DNA of 64,000 bases, from NCBI RefSeq assembly GCF_009914755.1, contig NC_060943.1, one strand, 5' to 3'. Source of the DNA: the human T2T-CHM13v2.0 reference genome, Homo sapiens. A program made the position numbers and the translations under genes. Positions 37,201-51,600 of the stretch are shown here, piece by piece (positions within the stretch are counted from its first letter, which is position 1; every line of letters starts with the position of its first letter). The notes beneath the pieces are model-generated. The model was given only the letters and a program-made list of their open reading frames with translations, was not told where the DNA came from and searched no databases.

Positions 37201-40200
37201 TGAAACACTCTTTTTCTGGAATTTGCAAGTGGAGATTTCAGCCGCTTTGAGGTCAATGGTAGAATAGGAAATATCTTCCTATAGAAACTAGACAGGATGA
37301 TTCTCAGAAACTACTTTGTGATGTGTGCGTTCAACTCACAGAGTTTAACCTTTCTTTCCATAGAGCAGTTAGGAAACACTCTGTTTGTAAAGTCTGCAAG
37401 TGGATATTCAGACCTCTTTGAGGCCTTCGTTGGAAACGGGATTTCTTCATATTCTGCTAGACAGAAGAATTCTCAGTAACTTCCTTGTGTTGTGTGTATT
37501 CAACCCACAGAGTTGAACGATCCTTTACACAGAGCAGACTTGAAACCCTCTTTTTGTGGAATTTGCAAGTGGAGATTTCAGCCGCTTTGAGGTCAATGTT
37601 AGAATAGGAAATATCTTCCTATAGAAACTAGACAGAATGATTCTCAGAAACTCCTTTGTGATGTGTGCGTTCAAGTCACAGAGTTTAACCTTTCTTTTCA
37701 TAGAGCAGTTACGAAACACTCTGTTTGTAAAGTCTGCAAGTGGATATTCAGACCTCTTTGAGGCCTTCGTTGGAAACGGGATTTCTTCATATTCTGCTAG
37801 ACAGAAGAATTCTCAGTAACTTCCTTGTGTTGTGTGTATTCAACTCACAGAGTTGAACGGTCCTTTACACAGAGCTGACTTGAACCACTCTTTTTGTGGG
37901 ATTTGCAAGTGGAGATTTCAGCCGCTTTCAGGTCAATGGTAGAATAGGAAATATCTTCCTATAGAAACTAGACAGAATGATTCTCAGAAACTCCTTTGTG
38001 ATGTGTGCGTTCAACTCACAGAGTTTAACCTTTCTTTTCATAGAGCAGTTAGGAAACACTCTGTTTGTAAAGTCTGCAAGTGGATATTCAGACCTCTTTG
38101 AGGCCATCGTTGGAAACGGGATTTCTTCATATTATGCTAGACAGAAGAATTCTCAGTAACTTCCTTGTGTTGTGTGTATTCAACTCACAGAGTTCAACGA
38201 TGCTTTACACAGAGTAGACTTGAAACACACTTTTTGTTGAATTTGCAAGTGGAGATTTCTGCCGCTTTGAGGTCAATGGTAGAATAGGAAATATCTTCCT
38301 ATAGAAACTAGACAGAATGATTCTCAGAAACTCCTTTGTGATGTGTGCGTTCAACTCACAGAGTTTAACCTTTCTTTTCATAGAGCAGTTAGGAAACACT
38401 CTGTTTGTAAAGTCTCCAAGTGGATATTCAGACCTCTTTGAGGCCTTCGTAGGAAACGGGATTTCTTCATATTATGCTAAACAGAAGAATTCTCAGTAAC
38501 TTCCTTGTGTTGTGTGTATTCAACTCACAGAGTTGAACGATCCTTTACACAGAGCAGACTTGAAACACTCTTTTTCTGGAATTTGCAAGTGGAGATTTCA
38601 GCCGCTTTGAGGTCAATGGTAGAATAGGAAATATCTTCCTATAGAAACTGGACAGAATGATTCTCAGAAACTCCTTTGTGATGTGTGCGTTCAACTCACA
38701 GAGTTTAACCTTTCTTTTCATAGAGCAGTTAGGAAACACTCTGTTTGTAAAGTCTGCAAGTGGATATTCAGACCTCTTTGAGGCCTTCGTTGGAAACGGG
38801 ATTTCTTCATATTCTGCTAGACAGAAGAATTCTCAGTAACTTCCTTGTGTTGTGTGTATTCAACTCACAGAGTTGAACGATCCTTTACACAGAGCAGACT
38901 TGAAACACTCTTTTTGTGGAATTTGCAAGTGGAGATTTCAGCCGCTTTGAGGTCAATGGTAGAATAGGAAATATCTTCCTATAGAAACTAGACAGAATGA
39001 TTCTCAGAAACTCCCTTGTGATGTGTGCGTTCAACTCACAGAGTTTAAGCTTTCTTTTCATAGAGCAGTTAGGAAACACTCTGTTTGTAAAGTCTGCAAG
39101 TGGATATTCAGACCTCCTTGAGGCCTTCGTTGGAAACGGGATTTCTTCATATTCTGCTAGACAGAAGAATTCTCAGTAACTTCTTTGTGTTGTGTGTATT
39201 CAACTCACAGAGTTGAACGATCCTTTACACAGAGCATACTTGAAACACTCTTCTTGTGGAATTTGCAAGTGGAGATTTCAGCCGCTTTGAGGTCAATGGT
39301 AGAATAGGAAATATCTTCGTATAAAAACTAGACAGAATCATTCTCAGAAACTCCTTTGTGATGTGTGCGTTCAACTCACAGAGTTTAACCTTTCTCTTCA
39401 TAGAGCAGTTAGGGAACACTCTGTTTGTAAAGTCTGCAAGTGGATATTCAGACCTCTTTGAGGCCTTCGTTGGAAACGGGATTTCTTCATATTCTGCTAG
39501 ACAGAAGAATTCTCAGTAACTTCCTTGTGTTGTGTGTATTCAACTCACAGAGTTGAACGATCCTTTACACAGAGCAGACTTGAAACACTCTTTTTGTTGA
39601 ATTTGCAAGTGGAGATTTCAGCCGCTTTTAGGTCAATGGTAGAATAGGAAATATCTTCGTATAGAAACTAGACAGAATGATTCTCAGAAACTCCTTTGTG
39701 ATGTGTGCGTTCAACTCACAGAGTTTAACCTTTCTTTTCATAGAGCAGTTAGGAGACACTCTGTTTGTAAAGTCTGCAAGTGGATATTCAGACCTCTTTG
39801 AGGCCTTCGTTGGAAACGGGATTTCTTCATATTATGCTAGACAGAAGAATTCTCAGTAACTTCCTTGTGTTGTGTGTATTCAACTCAAAGAGTTCAACGA
39901 TCCTTTATACAGAGCAGACTAGAAACACTCTTTTTGTGGAATTTGCAAGCGGAGATTTCAGCGGCTTTGAGGTCAATTGTAGAAAAGGAAATATCTTCGT
40001 ATAAAAACTAGACAGAATGATTCTCAGAAACTCCCTTGTGATGTGTGCGTTCAACTCACAGAGTTTAACCTTTCTTTTCATAGAGCAGTTAGGAAACACT
40101 CTGTTTGTAAAGTCTGCAAGTGGATATTCAGACCTCCTTGAGGCCTTCGTTGGAAACGGGATTTCTTCATATTATGCTAGACAGAAGAATTCTCAGTAAC

Positions 40201-42601
40201 TTCCTTGTGCTGTGTGTATTCAACTCACAGAGTTGAACGATCCTTTACACAGAGCATACTTGAAACACTCTTCTTGTGGAATTTGCAAGTGGAGATTTCA
40301 GCCGCTTTGAGGTCAATGGTAGAATAGGAAATATCTTCGTATAAAAACTAGACAGAATGATTCTCAGAAACTCCTTTGTGATGTGTGCGTTCAACTCACA
40401 GAGTTTAACCTTTCTTTTCATAGAGCAGTTAGGGAACACTCTGTTTGTAAAGTCTGCAAGTGGATATTCAGACCTCTTGGAGGCCTTCGTTGGAAACGGG
40501 ATTTCTTCATATTCTGCTAGACAGAAGAATTCTCAGTAACTTCCTTGTGTTGTGTGTATTCAACTCACAGAGTTGAACGATCCTTTACACAGAGCAGACT
40601 TGAAACACTCTTTTTGTGGAATTTGCAAGTGGAGAGTTCAGCCGCTTTGAGGTCAATGGTAGAATAGGAAATATCTTCCTATAGAAACTAGACAGAATGA
40701 TTCTCAGAAACTCCTTTGTGATGTGTGCGTTCAACTCACAGAGTTTAACCTTTCTTTTCATAGAGCAGTTAGGAAACACTCTGTTTGTAAAGTCTGCAAG
40801 TGGATATTCAGACCTCTTTGAGGCCATCGTTGGAAACGGGATTTCTCCATATTCTGGTAGACAGAAGAATTCTCAGTAACTTCCTTGTGTTGTGTGTATT
40901 CAACTCACAGAGTTCAACGATGCTTTACACAGAGTAGACTTGAAACACACTTTTTGTTGAATTTGCAAGTGGAGATTTCAGCCGCTTTGAGGTCAATGGT
41001 AGAATAGGAAATATCTTCCTATAGAAACTAGACAGAATGATTCTCAGAAACTCCTTTGTGATGTGTGCGCTCAACTCACAGAGTTTAGCCTTTCTTTTCA
41101 TGGAGCAGTTAGGAAACACTGTGTTTGTAAAGTCTGCAAGTGGATATTCAGACCTCTTTGAGGCCTTCGTAGGAAACGGGATTTCTTCATATTATGCTAG
41201 ACAGAAGAATTCTCAGTAACTTCCTTGTGTTGTGTGTATTCAACTCACAGAGTTGAACGATCCTTTACACAGAGCAGACTTGAAACACTCTTTTTCTGGA
41301 ATTTGCAAGTGGAGATTTCAGCCGCTTTGAGGTCAATGGTAGAATAGGAAATATCTTCCTATAGATACTAGACAGAATGATTCTCAGAAACTCCTTTGTG
41401 ATGTGTGCGTTCAACTCACAGAGTTCAACCTTTCTTTTCATAGAGCAGTTAGGAAACACTCTGTTTGTAAAGTCTGCAATTGGATATTCACACCTCTTTG
41501 AGGCCTTCGTTGGAAACGGGATTTCTTCATATTCTGCTAGACAGAAGAATTCTCAGTAACTTCCTTGTGTTGTGTGTATTCAACTCACAGAGTTGAACGA
41601 TCCTTTACACAGAGCAGACTTGAAACACTCTTTTTGTGGAATTTGCAAGTGGAGATTTCAGCCGCTTTGAGGTCAATGGTAGAATAGGAAATATCTTCCT
41701 ATAGAAACTAGACAGAATAATTCTCAGAAACTCCTTTGTGATGTGTGCGTTCAACTCACAGAGTTTAACCTTTCTTTTCATAGAGCAGTTAGGAAACACT
41801 CTGTTTGTAAAGTCTGCAAGTGGATATTCAGACATCTTTGTGGCTTTCATTGGAAACGGGATTTCTTCATATTCTGCTAGAGAGAAGAATTCTCAGAAAC
41901 TTCCTTGTGTTGTGTGTTTTCAACTCACAGAGTTGAACGATGCTTTACACAGAGTAGACTTGAAACACTCTTTTTGTGGAATTTGCAAGTGGAGATTTCA
42001 GCCGCTTTGAGGTCAATGGTAGAAAAGGAAATATCTTCGTATAAAAACTAGACAGAATGATTCTCAGAAACTCCCTTGTGATGTGTGCGTTCAACTCACA
42101 GAGTTTAAGCTTTCTTTTCATAGAGCAGTTAGGAAACACTCTGTTTGTAAAGTCTGCAAGTGGATATTCAGACCTCCTTGAGGCCTTCGTTGGAAACGGG
42201 ATTTCTTCATATTCTGCTAGACAGAAGAATTCTCAGTAACTTCCTTGTGTTGTGTGTATTCAACTCACAGAGTTGAACGATCCTTTACACAGAGCATACT
42301 TGAAACACTCTTCTTGTGGAATTTGCAAGTGGAGATTTCAGCCGCTTTGAGGTCAATGGTAGAATAGGAAATATCTTCGTATAAAAACTAGACAGAATCA
42401 TTCTCAGAAACTCCTTTGTGATGTGTGCGTTCAACTCACAGAGTTTAACCTTTCTCTTCATAGAGCAGTTAGGGAACACTCTGTTTGTAAAGTCTGCAAG
42501 TGGATATTCAGACCTCTTTGAGGCCTTCGTTGGAAACGGGATTTCTTCATATTATGCTAGACAGAAGAATTCTCAGTAACTTCCTTGTGTTGTGTGTATT
42601 C
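34270..42601 (+). repeat. Macro-repeat copy 2 (49 monomers, 8331 bp; lacks 4 dimers)
   Basis: Marker TTTGCGAGT 34331 to 42662 (+8331 = 24x340+171). The dimers matching about 31770-33130 of copy 1 are missing. Confidence 0.88.
37159..37174 (+). other. Out-of-register A-A monomer junction, copy 2
   Basis: Same junction and same flanking variants (AGAGAATAAT upstream, ACAGGATGA downstream); 851-bp step in the ORF track (36674 to 37525). Confidence 0.95.
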
Positions 42602-45600
42602 AACTCACAGAGTTGAACGATCCTTTACACAGAGCAGACTTGAAACACTCTTTTTGTGGAATTTGCGAGTGGAGATTTCAGCCGCTTTGAGGTCAATGTT
42701 AGAAAAGGAAATATCTTCGTTTAAAAACTAGACAGAATCATTCTCAGAAACTCCTTTGTGATGTGTGCGTTCAACTCACAGAGTTTAACCTTTCTTTTCA
42801 TAGAGCAGTTAGGAAACACTCTGTTTGTAAAGTCTGCAAGTGGATATTCAGACCTCCTTGAGGCCTTCGTTGGAAACGGGATTTCTTCATATTATGCTAG
42901 ACAGAAGAATTCTCAGTAACTTCCTTGTGTTGCGTGTATTCAACTCACAGAGTTGAACTATCCTTTACACAGAGCAGACTTGAAACACTCTTTTTGTGGA
43001 ATTTGCAAGTGGAGATTTCATCCGCTTTGAGGTCAATGGTAGAATAGGAAATATCTTCCTATAGAAACTAGACAGAATGAATCTCAGAAACTCCTTTGTG
43101 ATGTGTGCGTTCAACTCACAGAGTTCAACCTTTCTTTTCATAGAGCAGTTAGGAAACACTCTGTTTGTAAAGTCTGCAAGTGGATATTCAGACCTCTTTG
43201 AGGCCTTCGTTGGAAACGGGTTTTCTTCAAATTATGCTAGACAGAAAAATTCTCAGTAACTTCCTTGTGTTGTGTGTATTCAACTCACAGAGTTGAACGA
43301 TCCTTTACACAGAGCAGACTTGAAACACTCTTTTTGTGGAATTTGCAAGTGGAGATTTCAGCCGCTTTGAGGTCAATGGTAGAAAAGGAAATATCTTCGT
43401 ATAAAAACTAGACAGAATGATTCTGAGAAACTCCTTTGTGATGTGTGCGTTCAACTCACAGAGTTTAACCTTTCTTTTCATAGAGCAGTTAGGAAACACT
43501 CTGTTTGTAAAGTCTGCAAGTGGATATTCAGACCTCTTTGAGGCCTTCGTAGGAAACGGGATTTCTTCATATTCTGCTAGACAGAAGAATTCTCAGTAAC
43601 TTCCTTGTGTTGTGTGTATTCAACTCACAGAGTTGAACGATCCTTTACACAGAGCAGACTTGAAACACTCTTTTTCTGGAATTTGCAAGTGGAGATTTCA
43701 GCCGCTTTGAGGTCAATGGTAGAATAGGAAATATCTTCCTATAGAAACTAGACAGGATGATTCTCAGAAACTACTTTGTGATGTGTGCGTTCAACTCACA
43801 GAGTTTAACCTTTCTTTCCATAGAGCAGTTAGGAAACACTCTGTTTGTAAAGTCTGCAAGTGGATATTCAGACCTCTTTGAGGCCTTCGTTGGAAACGGG
43901 ATTTCTTCATATTCTGCTAGACAGAAGAATTCTCAGTAACTTCCTTGTGTTGTGTGTATTCAACCCACAGAGTTGAAGAATCCTTTACACAGAGCAGACT
44001 TGAAACCCTCTTTTTGTGGAATTTGCAAGTGGAGATTTCAGCCGCTTTGAGGACAATGTTAGAATAGGAAATATCTTCCTATAGAAACTAGACAGAATGA
44101 TTCTCAGAAACTCCTTTGTGATGTGTGCGTTCAACTCACAGAGTTTAACCTTTCTTTTCATAGAGCAGTTACGAAACACTCTGTTTGTAAAGTCTGCAAG
44201 TGGATATTCAGACCTCTTTGAGGCCTTCGTTGGAAACGGGATTTCTTCATATTCTGCTAGACAGAAGAATTCTCAGTAACTTCCTTGTGTTGTGTGTATT
44301 CAACTCACAGAGTTGAACGGTCCTTTACACAGAGCTGACTTGAACCACTCTTTTTGTGGGATTTGCAAGTGGAGATTTCAGCCGCTTTGAGGTCAATGGT
44401 AGAATAGGAAATATCTTCCTATAGAAACTAGACAGAATGATTCTCAGAAACTCCTTTGTGATGTGTGCGTTCAACTCACAGAGTTTAACCTTTCTTTTCA
44501 TAGAGCAGTTAGGAAACACTCTGTTTGTAAAGTCTGCAAGTGGATATTCAGACCTCTTTGAGGCCATCGTTGGAAACGGGATTTCTTCATATTATGCTAG
44601 ACAGAAGAATTCTCAGTAACTTCCTTGTGTTGTGTGTATTCAACTCACAGAGTTCAACGATGCTTTACACAGAGTAGACTTGAAACACATTTTTTGTTGA
44701 ATTTGCAAGTGGAGATTTCAGCCGCTTTGAGGTCAATGGTAGAATAGGTAATATCTTCCTATAGAAACTAGACAGAATGATTCTCAGAAACTCCTTTGTG
44801 ATGTGTGCGTTCAACTCACAGAGTTTAACCTTTCTTTTCATAGAGCAGTTAGGAAACACTCTGTTTGTAAAGTCTCCAAGTGGATATTCAGACCTCTTTG
44901 AGGCCTTCGTAGGAAACGGGATTTCTTCATATTATGCTAGACAGAAGAATTCTCAGTAACTTCCTTGTGTTGTGTGTATTCAACTCACAGAGTTGAACGA
45001 TCCTTTACACAGAGCAGACTTGAAACACTCTTTTTCTGGAATTTGCAAGTGGAGATTTCAGCCGCTTTGAGGTCAATGGTAGAATAGGAAATATCTTCCT
45101 ATAGAAACTGGACAGAATGATTCTCAGAAACTCCTTTGTGATGTGTGCGTTCAACTCACAGAGTTTAACCTTTCTTTTCATAGAGCAGTTAGGAAACACT
45201 CTGTTTGTAAAGTCTGCAAGTGGATATTCAGACCTCTTTGAGGCCTTCGTTGGAAACGGGATTTCTTCATATTATGCTAGACACAAGAATTCTCAGTAAC
45301 TTCCTTGTGTTGTGTGTATTCAACTCACAGAGTTGAACGATCTTTTACACAGAGCAGAGTTGAAACACTCTTTTTCTGGAATTTGCAAGTGGAGATTTCA
45401 GCCGCTTTGAGGTCAATGGTAGAATAGGAAATATCTTCCTATAGAAACTAGAGAGAATAATTCTCAGAAACTCCTTTGTGATGTGTGCGTTCAACTCACA
45501 GAGTTGAACGATCCTTTACACAGAGCAGACTTGAAACACTCTTTTTCTGGAATTTGCAAGTGGAGATTTCAGCCGCTTTGAGGTCAATGGTAGAATAGGA

Positions 45601-48600
45601 AATATCTTCCTATAGAAACTAGACAGGATGATTCTCAGAAACTACTTTGTGATGTGTGCGTTCAACTCACAGAGTTTAACCTTTCTTTCCATAGAGCAGT
45701 TAGGAAACACTCTGTTTGTAAAGTCTGCAAGTGGATATTCAGACCTCTTTGAGGCCTTCGTTGGAAACGGGATTTCTTCATATTCTGCTAGACAGAAGAA
45801 TTCTCAGTAACTTCCTTGTGTTGTGTGTATTCAACCCACAGAGTTGAACGATCCTTTACACAGAGCAGACTTGAAACCCTCTTTTTGTGGAATTTGCAAG
45901 TGGAGATTTCAGCCGCTTTGAGGTCAATGTTAGAATAGGAAATATCTTCCTATAGAAACTAGACAGAATGATTCTCAGAAACTCCTTTGTGATGTGTGCG
46001 TTCAAGTCACAGAGTTTAACCTTTCTTTTCATAGAGCAGTTACGAAACACTCTGTTTGTAAAGTCTGCAAGTGGATATTCAGACCTCTTTGAGGCCTTCG
46101 TTGGAAACGGGATTTCTTCATATTCTGCTAGACAGAAGAATTCTCAGTAACTTCCTTGTGTTGTGTGTATTCAACTCACAGAGTTGAACGGTCCTTTACA
46201 CAGAGCTGACTTGAACCACTCTTTTTGTGGGATTTGCAAGTGGAGATTTCAGCCGCTTTCAGGTCAATGGTAGAATAGGAAATATCTTCCTATAGAAACT
46301 AGACAGAATGATTCTCAGAAACTCCTTTGTGATGTGTGCGTTCAACTCACAGAGTTTAACCTTTCTTTTCATAGAGCAGTTAGGAAACACTCTGTTTGTA
46401 AAGTCTGCAAGTGGATATTCAGACCTCTTTGAGGCCATCGTTGGAAACGGGATTTCTTCATATTATGCTAGACAGAAGAATTCTCAGTAACTTCCTTGTG
46501 TTGTGTGTATTCAACTCACAGAGTTCAACGATGCTTTACACAGAGTAGACTTGAAACACACTTTTTGTTGAATTTGCAAGTGGAGATTTCTGCCGCTTTG
46601 AGGTCAATGGTAGAATAGGAAATATCTTCCTATAGAAACTAGACAGAATGATTCTCAGAAACTCCTTTGTGATGTGTGCGTTCAACTCACAGAGTTTAAC
46701 CTTTCTTTTCATAGAGCAGTTAGGAAACACTCTGTTTGTAAAGTCTCCAAGTGGATATTCAGACCTCTTTGAGGCCTTCGTAGGAAACGGGATTTCTTCA
46801 TATTATGCTAAACAGAAGAATTCTCAGTAACTTCCTTGTGTTGTGTGTATTCAACTCACAGAGTTGAACGATCCTTTACACAGAGCAGACTTGAAACACT
46901 CTTTTTCTGGAATTTGCAAGTGGAGATTTCAGCCGCTTTGAGGTCAATGGTAGAATAGGAAATATCTTCCTATAGAAACTGGACAGAATGATTCTCAGAA
47001 ACTCCTTTGTGATGTGTGCGTTCAACTCACAGAGTTTAACCTTTCTTTTCATAGAGCAGTTAGGAAACACTCTGTTTGTAAAGTCTGCAAGTGGATATTC
47101 AGACCTCTTTGAGGCCTTCGTTGGAAACGGGATTTCTTCATATTCTGCTAGACAGAAGAATTCTCAGTAACTTCCTTGTGTTGTGTGTATTCAACTCACA
47201 GAGTTGAACGATCCTTTACACAGAGCAGACTTGAAACACTCTTTTTGTGGAATTTGCAAGTGGAGATTTCAGCCGCTTTGAGGTCAATGGTAGAATAGGA
47301 AATATCTTCCTATAGAAACTAGACAGAATGATTCTCAGAAACTCCCTTGTGATGTGTGCGTTCAACTCACAGAGTTTAAGCTTTCTTTTCATAGAGCAGT
47401 TAGGAAACACTCTGTTTGTAAAGTCTGCAAGTGGATATTCAGACCTCCTTGAGGCCTTCGTTGGAAACGGGATTTCTTCATATTCTGCTAGACAGAAGAA
47501 TTCTCAGTAACTTCTTTGTGTTGTGTGTATTCAACTCACAGAGTTGAACGATCCTTTACACAGAGCATACTTGAAACACTCTTCTTGTGGAATTTGCAAG
47601 TGGAGATTTCAGCCGCTTTGAGGTCAATGGTAGAATAGGAAATATCTTCGTATAAAAACTAGACAGAATCATTCTCAGAAACTCCTTTGTGATGTGTGCG
47701 TTCAACTCACAGAGTTTAACCTTTCTCTTCATAGAGCAGTTAGGGAACACTCTGTTTGTAAAGTCTGCAAGTGGATATTCAGACCTCTTTGAGGCCTTCG
47801 TTGGAAACGGGATTTCTTCATATTCTGCTAGACAGAAGAATTCTCAGTAACTTCCTTGTGTTGTGTGTATTCAACTCACAGAGTTGAACGATCCTTTACA
47901 CAGAGCAGACTTGAAACACTCTTTTTGTTGAATTTGCAAGTGGAGATTTCAGCCGCTTTTAGGTCAATGGTAGAATAGGAAATATCTTCGTATAGAAACT
48001 AGACAGAATGATTCTCAGAAACTCCTTTGTGATGTGTGCGTTCAACTCACAGAGTTTAACCTTTCTTTTCATAGAGCAGTTAGGAGACACTCTGTTTGTA
48101 AAGTCTGCAAGTGGATATTCAGACCTCTTTGAGGCCTTCGTTGGAAACGGGATTTCTTCATATTATGCTAGACAGAAGAATTCTCAGTAACTTCCTTGTG
48201 TTGTGTGTATTCAACTCAAAGAGTTCAACGATCCTTTATACAGAGCAGACTAGAAACACTCTTTTTGTGGAATTTGCAAGCGGAGATTTCAGCGGCTTTG
48301 AGGTCAATTGTAGAAAAGGAAATATCTTCGTATAAAAACTAGACAGAATGATTCTCAGAAACTCCCTTGTGATGTGTGCGTTCAACTCACAGAGTTTAAC
48401 CTTTCTTTTCATAGAGCAGTTAGGAAACACTCTGTTTGTAAAGTCTGCAAGTGGATATTCAGACCTCCTTGAGGCCTTCGTTGGAAACGGGATTTCTTCA
48501 TATTATGCTAGACAGAAGAATTCTCAGTAACTTCCTTGTGCTGTGTGTATTCAACTCACAGAGTTGAACGATCCTTTACACAGAGCATACTTGAAACACT

Positions 48601-51600
48601 CTTCTTGTGGAATTTGCAAGTGGAGATTTCAGCCGCTTTGAGGTCAATGGTAGAATAGGAAATATCTTCGTATAAAAACTAGACAGAATGATTCTCAGAA
48701 ACTCCTTTGTGATGTGTGCGTTCAACTCACAGAGTTTAACCTTTCTTTTCATAGAGCAGTTAGGGAACACTCTGTTTGTAAAGTCTGCAAGTGGATATTC
48801 AGACCTCTTTGAGGCCATCGTTGGAAACGGGATTTCTCCATATTCTGGTAGACAGAAGAATTCTCAGTAACTTCCTTGTGTTGTGTGTATTCAACTCACA
48901 GAGTTCAACGATGCTTTACACAGAGTAGACTTGAAACACACTTTTTGTTGAATTTGCAAGTGGAGATTTCAGCCGCTTTGAGGTCAATGGTAGAATAGGA
49001 AATATCTTCCTATAGAAACTAGACAGAATGATTCTCAGAAACTCCTTTGTGATGTGTGCGCTCAACTCACAGAGTTTAGCCTTTCTTTTCATGGAGCAGT
49101 TAGGAAACACTGTGTTTGTAAAGTCTGCAAGTGGATATTCAGACCTCTTTGAGGCCTTCGTAGGAAACGGGATTTCTTCATATTATGCTAGACAGAAGAA
49201 TTCTCAGTAACTTCCTTGTGTTGTGTGTATTCAACTCACAGAGTTGAACGATCCTTTACACAGAGCAGACTTGAAACACTCTTTTTCTGGAATTTGCAAG
49301 TGGAGATTTCAGCCGCTTTGAGGTCAATGGTAGAATAGGAAATATCTTCCTATAGATACTAGACAGAATGATTCTCAGAAACTCCTTTGTGATGTGTGCG
49401 TTCAACTCACAGAGTTCAACCTTTCTTTTCATAGAGCAGTTAGGAAACACTCTGTTTGTAAAGTCTGCAAGTGGATATTCAGACCTCTTTGAGGCCTTCG
49501 TTGGAAACGGGTTTTCTTCATATTATGCTAGACAGAAAAATTCTCAGTAACTTCCTTGTGTTGTGTGTATTCAACTCACAGAGTTAAACGATCCTTTACA
49601 CAGAGCAGACTTGAAACACTCTTTTTGTGGAATTTGCAAGTGGAGATTTCAGCCGCTTTGAGGTCAATGGTAGAAAAGGAAATATCTTCGTATAAAAACT
49701 AGACAGAATGATTCTGAGAAACTCCTTTGTGATGTGTGCGTTCAACTCACAGAGTTTAACCTTTCTTTTCATAGAGCAGTTAGGAAACACTCTGTTTGTG
49801 AAGTCTGCAAGTGGATATTCAGACCTCTTTGAGGCCTTCGTTGGAAACGGGATTTCTTCATATTCTGCTAGACAGAAGAATTCTCAGTAACTTCCTTGTG
49901 TTGTGTGTATTCAACTCACAGAGTTGAACGATCCTTTACACAGAGCAGACTTGAAACACTCTTTTTGTGGAATTTGCAAGTGGAGATTTCAGCCACTTTG
50001 AGGTCAATGGTAGAATAGGAAATATCTTCCTATAGAAACTAGACAGAATGATTCTCAGAAACTCCTTTGTGATGTGTGCGATTAACTCACAGAGTTTAAC
50101 CTTTCTTTTCATAGAGCAGTTAGGAAACACTCTGTTTGTAAAGTCTGCAAGTGGATATTCAGACCTCTTTGAGGCCATCGTTGGAAACGGGATTTCTTCA
50201 TATTCTGCTAGACAGAAGAATTCTCAGTAACTTCCTTGTGTTGTGTGTATTCAACTCACAGAGTTGAACGATGCTTTACACACAGTAGACTTGAAACACA
50301 CTTTTTGTTGAATTTGCAAGTGGAGATTTCAGCCGCTTTGAGGTCAATGGTAGAATAGGTAATATCTTCCCATAGAAACTAGACAGAATGATTCTCAGAA
50401 ACTCCTTTGTGATGTGTGCGCTCAACTCACAGAGTTTAGCCTTTCTTTTCATAGAGCAGTTAGGAAACACTCTGTTTGTAAAGTCTGCAAGTGGATATTC
50501 AGACCTCTTTGAGGCCTTCGTAGGAAACGGGATTTCTTCATATTATGCTAGACAGAAGAATTCTCAGTAACTTCCTTGTGTTGTGTGTATTCAACTCACA
50601 GAGTTGAACGATCCTTTACACAGAGCAGACATGAAACACTCTTTTTCTGGAATTTGGAAGTGGAGATTTCAGCCGCTTTGTGGTCAATGGTAGAATAGGA
50701 AATATCTTCCTATAGATACTAGACAGAATGATTCTCAGAAACTCCTTTGTGATGTGTGCGTTCAACTCACAGAGTTTAACCTTTCTTTTCATAGAGCAGT
50801 TAGGAAACACTCTGTTTGTAAAGTCTGCAATTGGATATTCACACCTCTTTGAGGCCTTCGTTGGAAACGGGATTTCTTCATATTCTGCTAGACAGAAGAA
50901 TTCTCAGTAACTTCCTTGTGTTGTGTGTATTCAACTCACAGAGTTGAACGATCCTTTACACAGAGCAGACTTGAAACACTCTTTTTGTGGAATTTGCAAG
51001 TGGAGATTTCAGCCGCTTTGAGGTCAATGGTAGAATAGGAAATATCTTCCTATAGAAACTAGACAGAATAATTCTCAGAAACTCCTTTGTGATGTGTGCG
51101 TTCAACTCACAGAGTTTAACCTTTCTTTTCATAGAGCAGTTAGGAAACACTCTGTTTGTAAAGTCTGCAAGTGGATATTCAGACATCTTTGTGGCTTTCA
51201 TTGGAAACGGGATTTCTTCATATTCTGCTAGAGAGAAGAATTCTCAGAAACTTCCTTGTGTTGTGTGTTTTCAACTCACAGAGTTGAACGATGCTTTACA
51301 CAGAGTAGACTTGAAACACTCTTTTTGTGGAATTTGCAAGTGGAGATTTCAGCCGCTTTGAGGTCAATGGTAGAAAAGGAAATATCTTCGTATAAAAACT
51401 AGACAGAATGATTCTCAGAAACTCCCTTGTGATGTGTGCGTTCAACTCAAAGAGTTTAAGCTTTCTTTTCATAGAGCAGTTAGGAAACACTCTGTTTGTA
51501 AAGTCTGCAAGTGGATATTCAGACCTCCTTGAGGCCTTCGTTGGAAACGGGATTTCTTCATATTCTGCTAGACAGAAGAATTCTCAGTAACTTCCTTGTG

